NCBI RefSeq assembly: GCF_002498065.1
Contig: NZ_DAFZ01000109.1
Span: 2,542-66,541 of the forward strand
Origin: Methanoculleus sp. UBA208
GTDB taxonomy: Archaea > Halobacteriota > Methanomicrobia > Methanomicrobiales > Methanoculleaceae
Length of the DNA: 64,000 bases
Direction of reading: 5' to 3'
The stretch's first letter is position 1, and each line of letters opens with the position of its first letter. A program made the translations under genes and the position numbers. The notes below the pieces were generated by a model. The model was not told the DNA's origin. It made no database searches and saw only the letters and a list, made by a program, of their open reading frames with translations. This document shows positions 50,430 to 60,191 of the stretch, one piece after another.

Positions 50430-53400
50430 ATGTCCCCCGCCGTTCTGTACCGCCAATTGCCTGGAGAGGGTCTCGACGCGTTCGTCACGGAGTTCCGGAA
50501 AGCCGCCGCCCGCGACCCGTTCGGCACCGTCTTCATCGTCCCGACGTCCTACCTCGCCCGTGAGGTCGCCCGCCGCCTCGGGGAGCAGGGTGTCCCGTTC
50601 GTCGCCGACGCGGTCACCACCCTTCCCGGGTTCGCCCGGAAGGTCTTCTTCGAGCACACGACGGTGGAGACGCAGATCTCCGCTACCGCGTCCCGGCTCG
50701 TCCTCGCCCGGCTGCTCGCCGCCGGCAGGTACCCGCTCCTCGCCGGGACCGGGGCCGTCGACGAACTCGCGACCCTCTTTGAAGTTCTCATCATGCGGAA
50801 GGTCGACTACCCGGCCGCCCTCGGCGACTTTGCCGGCGAAAAAAGTGCCGAGATCGCGGCCCTTTTCGACGCATACCTCCGGTTCCTCGACGAGCGCGGT
50901 CTTGTCGACGAGAGCACCCTGTTCTCCCGGGTCGTCCGGCTGCTCGACGATTCGAGTGAGTTCCGGACGGTCTTCGTCTACGGGCTCTTCGAGCCGATGC
51001 CGCTCGAGCGGGACCTGCTTCTTGTCCTGCGGGAGTCCGCGGAGGAGTTCCACTACTCATTGCCCTATGCCCCGAACCCGGCGGTCTTCCCGGATGACGG
51101 CGAGTGGCTGCACCCGGACGCGGTCGTCTCCGGAGATGCCCCGGATGCTCGCCGTTCACACCTCGCCGGGCTCTTCTCCCGGCGGGAGCCCGAGGACTGC
51201 GGAAGGTTCGTCCGGGTCGCAGAACGGCGGGACCGGCTCGACGAAGTCCGTGCGATCGCGCAGGAGATCCGGGACCTCGTCGCCGCCGGGGTCCGGCCGG
51301 ACGCGATCACCGTCGCGTTCCCCGACCTCGCATCGGCGGTGCCCTATGTGGAAGAGGTCTTCCCGGACTTCACGCTCCCGTACGCCGCGTCCGGCGGCCG
51401 GCCGCTCTCTGCATCACCGCTTGTCCAGGCGCTTCTTTCGGTCCTCGTCGTCCCGGTCCGCGGCTACCGGCGGGAGGACGTCGTCGCCCTCACGACCTCC
51501 CCCTACCTGCCGAACGCAGGCGGCTGCGAGCTTGACGTCCTCTCCCGGGAGGCCCGGATAACCGCCGGGAACTGGGATGAACGGTTTGCCGCACTGATCT
51601 CTGCTCTCGAGGACGAGCTGGAGCGGCCGGACTCCGCGAAAACCCGGCTCGCAGCAAAGATCGCCGCCGTCGAAGCGGCGCGGGACACCGTCCGGGCTCT
51701 CTTTGCCGATCTCTCGGTGCTCGAGGGAACGAAGACGATCCGGGAACACCTCGCCGCCTACCGCTCGCTCCTTGACCGGTGGCAGGCTCCGGCGATGCCG
51801 GAGGAGGGCGACCCCGCTCTCCTCGAGGACGAGGCCCGGGATCTGAGGGGATTTATGGAGACCCTCGCAGCCCTTGAACGCCTCGCCCTGCTCCTCCCCG
51901 GGGAGAAGGTGGCGCTTGCGGAGTTCTCCTCCATGCTCGGGCTCCTTTTCGCCGGGACCCGGACCGGCAGACGGCGGCACGGTAACGCCGTCCGGGTGGT
52001 CGGCGTCCGGGAGGTCGCGCACCTCTCCGTCCCCTTCCTCTTCATCGGCGACCTCGTCGAGGGCGCGATGCCGCGGCTGACCACCCGGCTCCCGTTCACC
52101 ACCGATGCCGAGACCCGGCGCCTTGCGACGCGATCGAAGGAAGATATCCTCCGGGAGGAGCGCTACCACTTCACCGCGGCTCTTCTTGCCGCCCGAACCC
52201 GGGTCTGCCTGAGTTATCCCGCAGCCGACGGCGCAACGCCGCTGGTGCGCTCCGGGTTCGTGGACGCCGTCCGGGAGGCCTTCTCCCCGGAAACCTGGGG
52301 GGACGGCGGCTTCCCGGACTCCCGGCTCGCGGCAGCCCGGCGGGCCGGCGCCCTCCTCGCCCGGGGGGAAATCCCCGCCGGGATGCCGGCCCCCCTCACC
52401 ATCCGCGAGGCCGTCCGTCGGCTCAACATCGAGAACTACCACCGGAAGGGCGGCTACGACTCCCCCTACGACGGCCGGATCGGCGACGACCCGGCAATTC
52501 TCGCGGCGCTCGCCGAACGGTTCGGTGACGGGGCCGTCTTCTCACCGACGGCGCTCGAGACCTATGCCGACTGCCCGTTCCGGTTCTACCTGGAGCGGGT
52601 CCTCGATCTGGCGCCCCTTCCCGAAGCCGACCCCGACCTGACGGCGCAGGAGCGGGGAAGCCTCGTCCACCGGATCGCCTACCGGTTCTACTCCGGCTGG
52701 AGGTGCGACGGCAACGAGGCGGTCACCGACGCGTGCTACCCGGACGCCCTCCGGCGGATCCTCGACGCCGGCCGGGAAGAGGCCGGCCGGTTCACGTTTG
52801 AGACCCCGGCATGGGCCGCGGATAAAGAACTCCTCCTCGGGTCGCCTGCGGCGGGAAGGGGCCTCCTCGAGCGGTTCCTCCGGCACGAGGCGGAGGTCGC
52901 TGCCTCCCGCTTCGTCCCGCACGCGTTCGAGGTCTCGTTCGGCCTCCCGCTGGTGCCGGGGGAGGTCGATGCGGCCTCGATACCCGATGCGGTCGCGATC
53001 CCGCTCGGCGACGAGACCATCCGTATACGGGGCAGGGTCGACCGGGTCGATGTGCTGCCCGACGGGCGGTTCATGATCACCGACTACAAAACGGGAACCT
53101 CCCATCCACGGTTCAAGGATATCGAGGCCGGTAAAGCGCTCCAGCTCCCCCTCTACCTCCGGGCGGTCGAGACGCTGACCGGGATGGAGGGAGTCGCGGG
53201 CACCTACTACACCCTCCGGCGCGGGCAGGTCCGGAACCGGCCGGTCTTCTGGGACGCAGGGCTGAAGGACTGCTTCTCCTGCTACCCGGGGTCGCGGCAG
53301 GGCGGCGTCGAGGACGTCCGCGAGCTGGTCGAGACCACGCTCTCGTGGGTGCGGGAGTATCTTGCCGGAATACGCGGCGGCTGCTTCCCGCCCCGGTCGG

Positions 53401-53501
53401 ACGCCGGCTCCTGTCCGGCCTACTGCGGATTCAAGACCGCCTGCCGGTTCGACGCCCTGCAGCTGCTTAACACGGAGGTGAACCCCGATGGGACTGACTG
53501 A
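50430..53501 (+). CDS. AddB-like protein (degenerate helicase scaffold + PD-(D/E)XK nuclease with Fe-S staple)
   Basis: IVPT, EERYHF, FSPTALETYADCPFRFY, RGSLVH, GRVDRVD, DYKTG, LQLPLY, CPAYCGFKTAC. Confidence 0.88.
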   Translation: MSPAVLYRQLPGEGLDAFVTEFRKAAARDPFGTVFIVPTSYLAREVARRLGEQGVPFVADAVTTLPGFARKVFFEHTTVETQISATASRLVLARLLAAGRYPLLAGTGAVDELATLFEVLIMRKVDYPAALGDFAGEKSAEIAALFDAYLRFLDERGLVDESTLFSRVVRLLDDSSEFRTVFVYGLFEPMPLERDLLLVLRESAEEFHYSLPYAPNPAVFPDDGEWLHPDAVVSGDAPDARRSHLAGLFSRREPEDCGRFVRVAERRDRLDEVRAIAQEIRDLVAAGVRPDAITVAFPDLASAVPYVEEVFPDFTLPYAASGGRPLSASPLVQALLSVLVVPVRGYRREDVVALTTSPYLPNAGGCELDVLSREARITAGNWDERFAALISALEDELERPDSAKTRLAAKIAAVEAARDTVRALFADLSVLEGTKTIREHLAAYRSLLDRWQAPAMPEEGDPALLEDEARDLRGFMETLAALERLALLLPGEKVALAEFSSMLGLLFAGTRTGRRRHGNAVRVVGVREVAHLSVPFLFIGDLVEGAMPRLTTRLPFTTDAETRRLATRSKEDILREERYHFTAALLAARTRVCLSYPAADGATPLVRSGFVDAVREAFSPETWGDGGFPDSRLAAARRAGALLARGEIPAGMPAPLTIREAVRRLNIENYHRKGGYDSPYDGRIGDDPAILAALAERFGDGAVFSPTALETYADCPFRFYLERVLDLAPLPEADPDLTAQERGSLVHRIAYRFYSGWRCDGNEAVTDACYPDALRRILDAGREEAGRFTFETPAWAADKELLLGSPAAGRGLLERFLRHEAEVAASRFVPHAFEVSFGLPLVPGEVDAASIPDAVAIPLGDETIRIRGRVDRVDVLPDGRFMITDYKTGTSHPRFKDIEAGKALQLPLYLRAVETLTGMEGVAGTYYTLRRGQVRNRPVFWDAGLKDCFSCYPGSRQGGVEDVRELVETTLSWVREYLAGIRGGCFPPRSDAGSCPAYCGFKTACRFDALQLLNTEVNPDGTD

Positions 53502-56500
53502 ACGCCAGGCGCGGGCCGCGCTCGACCATTCGGCGAGCAAGTGCGTCACCGCCGGGGCGGGGACGGGGAAGACGCACGTCCTGGTCCAAAAATACCTCAG
53601 CCTGCTCGAGAGCGGGATCGGCGTCGGCAGCATCCTCGCGCTGACCTTCACCGAGAAGGCGGCCGGCGAGATGAAGGTCCGGGTCCGCCAGGCCATCGCG
53701 GAGAAGGAGGGCGAGCGGTGGGACGCGGTCCGCGACGAGTTTTTGTGGGCGAAGGTATCGACCTTCCACTCCTTCTGCGCCTCTGTCCTCCGTGAGTTCC
53801 CGCTCGAGGCCGGTGTGGGACCCGCCTTCGCCGTCCTCGACGAGCGGGAGGCGTTCCGGGTCCGCGAAGAGGCGGCCGAGGACCTCTTCCACGGCGATCC
53901 GCCCCCGGAGTGCCGTGATGCGGTGATCGGCGCCCTCCGGGCGGTCGGGGCCTATGAGCTGAAGAACTATCTCGAGCGGCTGTACTCACGCCGCGTGGCG
54001 GCGGAGGCGTTCTTTGCCACCCTCGCGCGGAGCGAAGAGGAGGTGCTCGACGCCTGGCGGGCGGCGGTGGAACGGCACCGGGAGGAGGCGCTTGCGGCCT
54101 TCTCCGACCGTGCGGGCCCCTCGATCGAGACGCTCCGGGACCTTGCCGCCCGCTACTCCGGCGACCGGGACCCGGGCGAGGAGTATCTCCGGGCCGTCGA
54201 GCCCTGCCTCGCGGGTGAGATCGCGGTCGCCGGACTTGCCGGGGTTCACGACAATTCGCGCTTCCGCAAGAATATGGGGCAGAAGAAGAACTGGGCGGGG
54301 GACGACCTCGACAACCTCCGGACGGCCTACGGCGTCCTCAAGCAGTGCCTCAAGGACCACGCCGGAGCCCTTTCGCTCACCCTCGACCCGGAGGACCCCT
54401 TCACCCGGGCGACGTTCGACTTCCTCCGCGACCTCGGCACAGTCTTTTCTGCCTTTCTTGACGCGATCGATGCCGAGAAGCGGCGGCGTAACGCCCTCGA
54501 CTTCGACGACCTGGTCGGCCGCACCCACCGGCTCTTTCGCGACCGCGAGGATATCCTTGCGGCGCACTTCCGGGACCGGTTCCGGTTCGTCCTGGTCGAC
54601 GAGTTCCAGGACACCGATCCCGTCCAGAACGCCATCATCCGCGCTGTCCTCGGCGATTCCGCGAACCTCTTCATCGTCGGCGACCCGAAGCAGTCCATCT
54701 ACCTCTTCCGGGAGGCCGACGTGACGCAGTTTGGGCATACCCGCGACCTGATCGAGCGCGATCTCGGCGGGGAGACGATAGCGCTCGACGTCAACTTCCG
54801 GAGCACGCCCGAGGTAGTCGGGTTCACGAACGCCGTCTTTTCCGCCCTGATGGCGGAGCCCGGACGGCCCTGGGAGTTCCTCTACGAACCGCTGCGTGCG
54901 AACCGCCATAGCGACACCGGCTCGGTCGAACTCCTCCTCTGTCCGAAGATTAAAGGCCGGGCGGCCGGCCGCCGGGCCGAGGCGGAGATGGCGGCAAGAA
55001 AGATCCGGGCCATCGTCGAGCGGGGGGAAAAGCCGGTCTACTGCGACGGGGAGGCCCGGCCGGCGGGCTACGGCGACGTGGCCGTCCTGCTTGAGCGGCG
55101 GACGAACCTTGCCTACTACGAGTGGGCGCTCGGGCGCTACGGCGTCCCCTACCACGTCCACGCCGGGCTCGGGTTCTACGAGCGCCAGGAGGTCTACGAC
55201 CTCTACAACATCCTCCGGTTCCTCACGAACTACCTTGACGACGCGGCGCTCTACGGCGTGTTGCGGTCGCCCTACTTCGGGTTCTCCGATGCCCGGCTCT
55301 TTCATATCGCCCGGGCGCCCGGGGATTCTCTCTGGAAACGGCTGCAGGCCGCGGCGGAGCCTGCGGCGGCGACCCTCCGGGGGTGGCTCTCGCTCTCCCG
55401 CAGGCTCCCGCCCGCCCGCCTCCTCCGCCGGATCGTCGACGAGTCGGGCATCTTCGTTGTCTTCGGCGGGATGGCCGGCGGCGAACAGGCCGCGGCGAAC
55501 GTCGAGAAACTGATCGCCATCGCGAGGGAGGCCGACTGCTCCACGCTCGGGGAGTTTGTCGCGGAACTCGGGCGCTCTATCGACGGCGGGGAGCGCGAGG
55601 GGGATGCCCCCCTCGACGTTGTGTCGACGGATGCGGTCTCGATCATGACGGTGCACGCCGCAAAGGGGCTCGAGTTCCCGGTCGTCGTCGTCCCCGACCT
55701 CGGGGAGACGCCGCGGTCCGGCGGGGGCACCATCATGGTGGAGGACGGGCTGCTGCTCGGGGTCTCGATACCGAACCCGGCAAACGACCACGAGCGCGAG
55801 GAGACGCCGGTCCTGACGATCCTCAGGGACGAGCACCGGGAGAAGGAGGAGGCCGAGCGCAAACGCCTCTTCTACGTCGCGGTCACCCGGGCGAAGGATC
55901 ACCTCATCCTCTGCGGGGAGATGCCGGCCGAAGTCCCGGAGACCCTCGCGGAAGGGAAGACCCGGATGGCCTGGCTCGCACACTGCCTCGGGCTCTGCGA
56001 TGAGGCCTGTGCCCGCGGTGAAGCCGTCCTCGAGAAGCTCCGCATCCCGCTCACCCTCGACCCCGCGGCGATCCCCGTCGACGTGCAGGAGACCGCCCCG
56101 GTCTATCTCCCGGTGCCGGACGACGTTCCCGCGGTGGTTGTCCCGGCGAGCATCCCCCCCGACGGGAGGGGGAGCGTGTCTACTCGGCAAGCGAGCTCGA
56201 GGCGTACCTCCGCGGCCCGGCGGGGTCCCGGCCCCCGGGGTTCGCCGCCGGAGATCCCCTGACCCGCGGTCTCGTCGTCCACGAGGTCTTCCGCGGCCGG
56301 GACCCCGCCGCGGTGCTGCGGCGCTACGGCATGGACCCCGCCCGGGCAGGAGAGTACCGGGAGCTCTACGACCGGTTCCTCGCGTCCCCCCTGATGCAGG
56401 GCATCGTCCGGGACCACCGCGAGGTGCCGTTTTCGGCGCGGGTGAACGGGTTCGCGTTCCGGGGAGCCATCGACCGGCTGGTGCAGCGGCCGGACGGCGC

Positions 56501-56726
56501 CTGGGCGCTCATCGACTACAAGACCGGGACGCCGGGGGATGCCGGGGACTACGCGGTCCAGATGGCGGTCTACCGCCACGCCGCCGCCCGGATCCTCGGG
56601 GATTCGGTCACGCCCTACCTCTACTTCGTCGACGCCGACCGCTGGGTGGAAGTCGATGTTGACGAGGAGCAGGTTTTTGATGCGATAGAACGTGCGGTCA
56701 GGGGGATTGAAGAAGGGGATCTTTGA
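53488..56726 (+). CDS. AddA-like UvrD helicase-nuclease, apparent frameshift near 56154-56172
   Basis: AGAGTGKT, LTFTEKAA, LVDEFQDT, VGDPKQSIY, NFRS, TVHAAKGLEF, YVAVTRA; nuclease (YSASEL, RGLVVH, GAIDRL, IDYKTG, QMAVY) continues in the -1 frame to 56726. Confidence 0.85.
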
Positions 56727-56787
56727 TGGCAGGGGACGAGGGGTGCCGGAGGGTATAAGTGGGCGGATGTATTATTCAAGAATAACT

Positions 56788-57072
56788 ATGCATCCCCTCG
56801 CCCAGATCCGGCAGAACCTGCGCACCCTCCGGGAACGCTACGGCGTGGCCCGTATTGGCATCTTCGGATCGGTTGTGCGGAACGAGGCCACCCCGGCAAG
56901 CGACATCGACATCCTGGTGGAGTTCCGGGAGGGAGAGGAGACGTTCGATCACTTTATGGACCTCAAGTTCTACCTCGAAGACCTCCTGGGGCGAAGGACG
57001 GATCTCGTCATCGCCGACACCTTAAAGCCCCGCATCCGGGACGCCATCCTTGGCGAGGTCGTTTATGCCTAG
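56788..57072 (+). CDS. Minimal nucleotidyltransferase (MNT antitoxin)
   Basis: GIFGSVVRNEATPASDIDILVEF. Confidence 0.9.
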   Translation: MHPLAQIRQNLRTLRERYGVARIGIFGSVVRNEATPASDIDILVEFREGEETFDHFMDLKFYLEDLLGRRTDLVIADTLKPRIRDAILGEVVYA

Positions 57073-57402
57073 GGATCTCCTGCTGTATCTTGAGGATATC
57101 CGCGATGCCATCGCCTCAATCCGCTCTTATGTAGGTAACCGAACGTTTGAGGAACTCGTGGGCGATCGCATGCGCCTCGACGCCGTCGTGCTCAGATTTG
57201 TTACCATCGGGGAAGCGACAAAACAGATTCCCACGAGCGTCACCGCCCGTCACCCGGAGATCGAATGGCGAAAGATTGCCGGGCTCCGTGATATCAGCGT
57301 TCACTCCTATTATGCGGTGAAACGATTCCCTGGGATATCATCCAGACCAAACTCGGTCCCCTGGAGGACGCGATAGAGACGATGATCCAAGAAGAGGAGT
57401 AA
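57065..57402 (+). pseudogene. HEPN/DUF86 (HepT-like) RNase toxin, frameshifted near 57320-57330
   Basis: YLEDI, IGEATK, IEWRKIAGLRDISVHSY (Rx4H); expected tail WDIIQTKLGPLEDAI lies in another frame. Confidence 0.8.
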
Positions 57403-57511
57403 CGGCAGGTCGATGGGTCCTCACCCGCGGTGGTGTACCAGCCGAGAACGAGCCGTGTCGCGGGCACGCCGGCACCTCTGCGCACGGCCTCCGGTTCTCC
57501 GCCCTCACCGC

Positions 57512-57673
57512 TCAGTCGTACAGCCCTATCGCCAGGTAGTCGTCGTCCGAGAGCTCGTCCCAGAGTTCGAGGACGACCGAGCCGTCGTCAAGGACATCGC
57601 CCGGGATCACCCAGTCGGAATCGACTTCCGTGACCTCTTCAACCCCCTCCGGGGTTCTCACGAGCACCTTCAT
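57512..57673 (-). CDS. Small acidic protein (53 aa), not in the ORF track
   Basis: GGAG RBS, then MKVLVRTPEGVEEVTEVDSDWVIPGDVLDDGSVVLELWDELSDDDYLAIGLYD*. Confidence 0.6.
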   Translation of the reverse strand: MKVLVRTPEGVEEVTEVDSDWVIPGDVLDDGSVVLELWDELSDDDYLAIGLYD

Positions 57674-57902
57674 TGCGCTGTCTCCGTTCTGCGGCCAGCC
57701 CCATCGGAATTCTCTGTATCATGTTGCCGTAAGGCCGTATGCAGCGGCCGGAGATCTCCCCCGGCCGGATAAAAACCTTCCCGTTCCGCAGGGTATGCCG
57801 GCCCCCGGCGGTGCAGGTCCTTCCGTGACGGGGTCTGCACCACTGAATGCCTATCCCCCCTTTACCGGCTTATCGCCGCCGGCGTTCCGGCCATGCCGCC
57901 CT

Positions 57903-60098
57903 TCAGACCTCGTATGCCATGTATATCAAGTTTGCACAGACCACCCGGAGCATGAGTTTTGCGGGCGAGGGAGGGATATGCCCGGAGAACTGCGTCCAGG
58001 CTTCCTCGATCATCCCCACCGCCTCCTCCGTACACCTCTCCACCGCTCCGGACTTCCTGACCAGCGCTATCCCCTCGGCCAGAACCGCTTCGTCCTCCCG
58101 CAACGCAGGGGTGCAGAGGATCTCCTTGAGCCTCTCCGACTCCGTGCTGTCGAGCATCCCGATCGCCCGGATGATCGCGTACGTCGGTTTCCCCGCCTTC
58201 AGGTCCTCGCCCTGCACCTTCCGCCACTCCGGCGAGTCGCTGAAGTTCAGCACGTCGTCGATGATCTGAAAGACGATGCCCATCGCCCTGCCAAACGAGA
58301 GACAGGCCTCCTTCTTCTCGTCGGCAAGGTCCAGGAATATCGCCGAGAGGGCGGCGACCCCTTCGGTGGCCGAAGCGGTCTTGTAGGAGTACATCTGCAG
58401 CAGCTGCGCATCGAGGCTGTTTTCCAGCCACCGGTCGAGGTTCTCCCGCGATATGTTCCCCGACCAGTAGATGTCCTGGGCCTGGCCGAGATGGGCTTTG
58501 AGCGACGTCTCGGTCATCAGCGTCAGGATCCTGTAGCGCTGCTCTGCCGTCAGCCCCCCGGACCGGGCCACGACGCTCTGCGGGAAGAAGTACAGGGTGC
58601 TTGCCGCATTGATGGCCACATCAGTGCCGTAGCGGATGTGAACGGACTCCTCTCCCCGGCGGAGAAGCGACTGGTCCTCGATGTCGTCGATGATGAGCGC
58701 AGAGGTGTGCAGGAGCTCGGTGAGGATGAAGAGCCGTTCGATCTCCTCGTTCATCGCGACCCCCATCGACCCGGCGATCAGGAACCCGAATATCGGTCTC
58801 CAGTGTTTTCCGTTCCGCGACAGGAGGTCCCATACCGGCTTTGCAATCGTCTCGGTCATCGGCGTGCAGTCCAGTATCGGCTGGTGCCTGCCGAATATGG
58901 CGTCGCACCACTCGCAATCGATGGTTTTTGGCAACATCCCGGCCAGTCCGGCGTCGATCTTCTCGTGGAACCGGGCGAGGAAGTCGGAGAGGTTCCGTAT
59001 GTAGCCGCACCCGTAGACCTCGAGCTGCCCCCGTCCCGAGACCCCGGCACCGCCGATCTCGCCGGAGACCGTTCCCGACCCTTCCCAGATGCCGCCCGAT
59101 ATCCCGATCAGTTCGATCTCCTGCGCATCGGTATCGGGCGAAAAGACCAGCCGGCACCCGATCCCGGGAACGGTGAACGCCCACTCGACAGGGTAGCGGA
59201 TGTGGGTCGTTTTACTCTCCCAGAACCGCAGGGGTTCGAGCCCGAACTCCGGGAAGTACCTCGCATCATCTCCCTCAAAGAGGACACAGAACTTCGCTTC
59301 GGTCTCGCCCGACTCGATGTTCTTGCGGTGCATGAAGAGCAGGCTCCGGCCGTCGTCGAGGCTGATGCCGCACCATTCCCAGCCGAGGGGGTCGGACCGC
59401 CCGTCCCGGTTCTTCTTCGCGAACCACGCATCCCCGCCTGCCTGGCAGTCGAACCACGCCTCTCCCCCGATCTCCTCGTCCCCGTACCGGCCTTTCAGCG
59501 AGAGCCGGGGGCAGGTCACGTAGTCCATGCCGAGCCCTTCTCCGCCGGGGAGCAGGGCGGGGATGTCGACGAACGGGACCTGTGGTTCGAGGAGGAGGGA
59601 GACGGGCTGCCCGCTTTCCGGGTCCGCGAACGATACCGATATCGATGACGGTGCAAACGAGAGAGCCGCGGTCTCCCAGGCCACCCCGTCCGGGGCGACC
59701 CGCATCGGCCCTTCCGGTGAGAAAAACGGCCGGTACAGCCCATACTCGGCGATCTCTTTCTGTATCGTCTCGGCTATGCACCTGTTGATCCCGAACTCCT
59801 CCGGGATGTCCCCGAGCCTCTCCAGGTACCAGGCACGCGATGTCTCGTCGAGGAGAATCTCTTTGCCGTGTTCTCCCGTTCCCGGATCGACGACGGAGCA
59901 GAGATACATCGAGCCCGGCGTGCCGTCGTCCGGCAGGTTCAGCGAGAAGAAGCAGACGACGAAATTCCTCCTCCGGCAGGCCGCCCCTTCGAAGAACCCC
60001 CGGATGTACCACCACTTTACGAACGGACTTTCATCGCCGGGGCGGTTGAATACGGATGGGTGAAGAGGGAAAATCTGATCGCTGTTTTGTCCGGTGAT
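57903..60098 (-). CDS. Fusion of CrtC/AttH-like lipocalin domains and a polyprenyl diphosphate synthase
   Basis: N-terminal KWWY, GEAWFD, GWEW, RYPVEW, IWEG; C-terminal GKHWRP, IIDDIEDQSLLRRG, KTA, FQIIDDVLN, EDLKAGKPT; frame open to ATC 60098 (first ATG 59909). Confidence 0.8.
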   Translation of the reverse strand: MTGQNSDQIFPLHPSVFNRPGDESPFVKWWYIRGFFEGAACRRRNFVVCFFSLNLPDDGTPGSMYLCSVVDPGTGEHGKEILLDETSRAWYLERLGDIPEEFGINRCIAETIQKEIAEYGLYRPFFSPEGPMRVAPDGVAWETAALSFAPSSISVSFADPESGQPVSLLLEPQVPFVDIPALLPGGEGLGMDYVTCPRLSLKGRYGDEEIGGEAWFDCQAGGDAWFAKKNRDGRSDPLGWEWCGISLDDGRSLLFMHRKNIESGETEAKFCVLFEGDDARYFPEFGLEPLRFWESKTTHIRYPVEWAFTVPGIGCRLVFSPDTDAQEIELIGISGGIWEGSGTVSGEIGGAGVSGRGQLEVYGCGYIRNLSDFLARFHEKIDAGLAGMLPKTIDCEWCDAIFGRHQPILDCTPMTETIAKPVWDLLSRNGKHWRPIFGFLIAGSMGVAMNEEIERLFILTELLHTSALIIDDIEDQSLLRRGEESVHIRYGTDVAINAASTLYFFPQSVVARSGGLTAEQRYRILTLMTETSLKAHLGQAQDIYWSGNISRENLDRWLENSLDAQLLQMYSYKTASATEGVAALSAIFLDLADEKKEACLSFGRAMGIVFQIIDDVLNFSDSPEWRKVQGEDLKAGKPTYAIIRAIGMLDSTESERLKEILCTPALREDEAVLAEGIALVRKSGAVERCTEEAVGMIEEAWTQFSGHIPPSPAKLMLRVVCANLIYMAYEV

Positions 60099-60191
60099 CG
60101 CTTTCCCCTCCGCTGGTTATGACTCAGATTCTTACGCTATATAATGATTGGGAAATTCCGGAAGGGGATCGGATCCGGAAAATAAATGAAA

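Noticed and set aside
9132..56172. Programmed frameshifting or phase variation as a general explanation for the 1-nt shifts (9132, 45270, ~47760, ~56165)
   Set aside because: All lie in short homopolymers in unrelated genes, so sequencing or assembly indels are more parsimonious without read data
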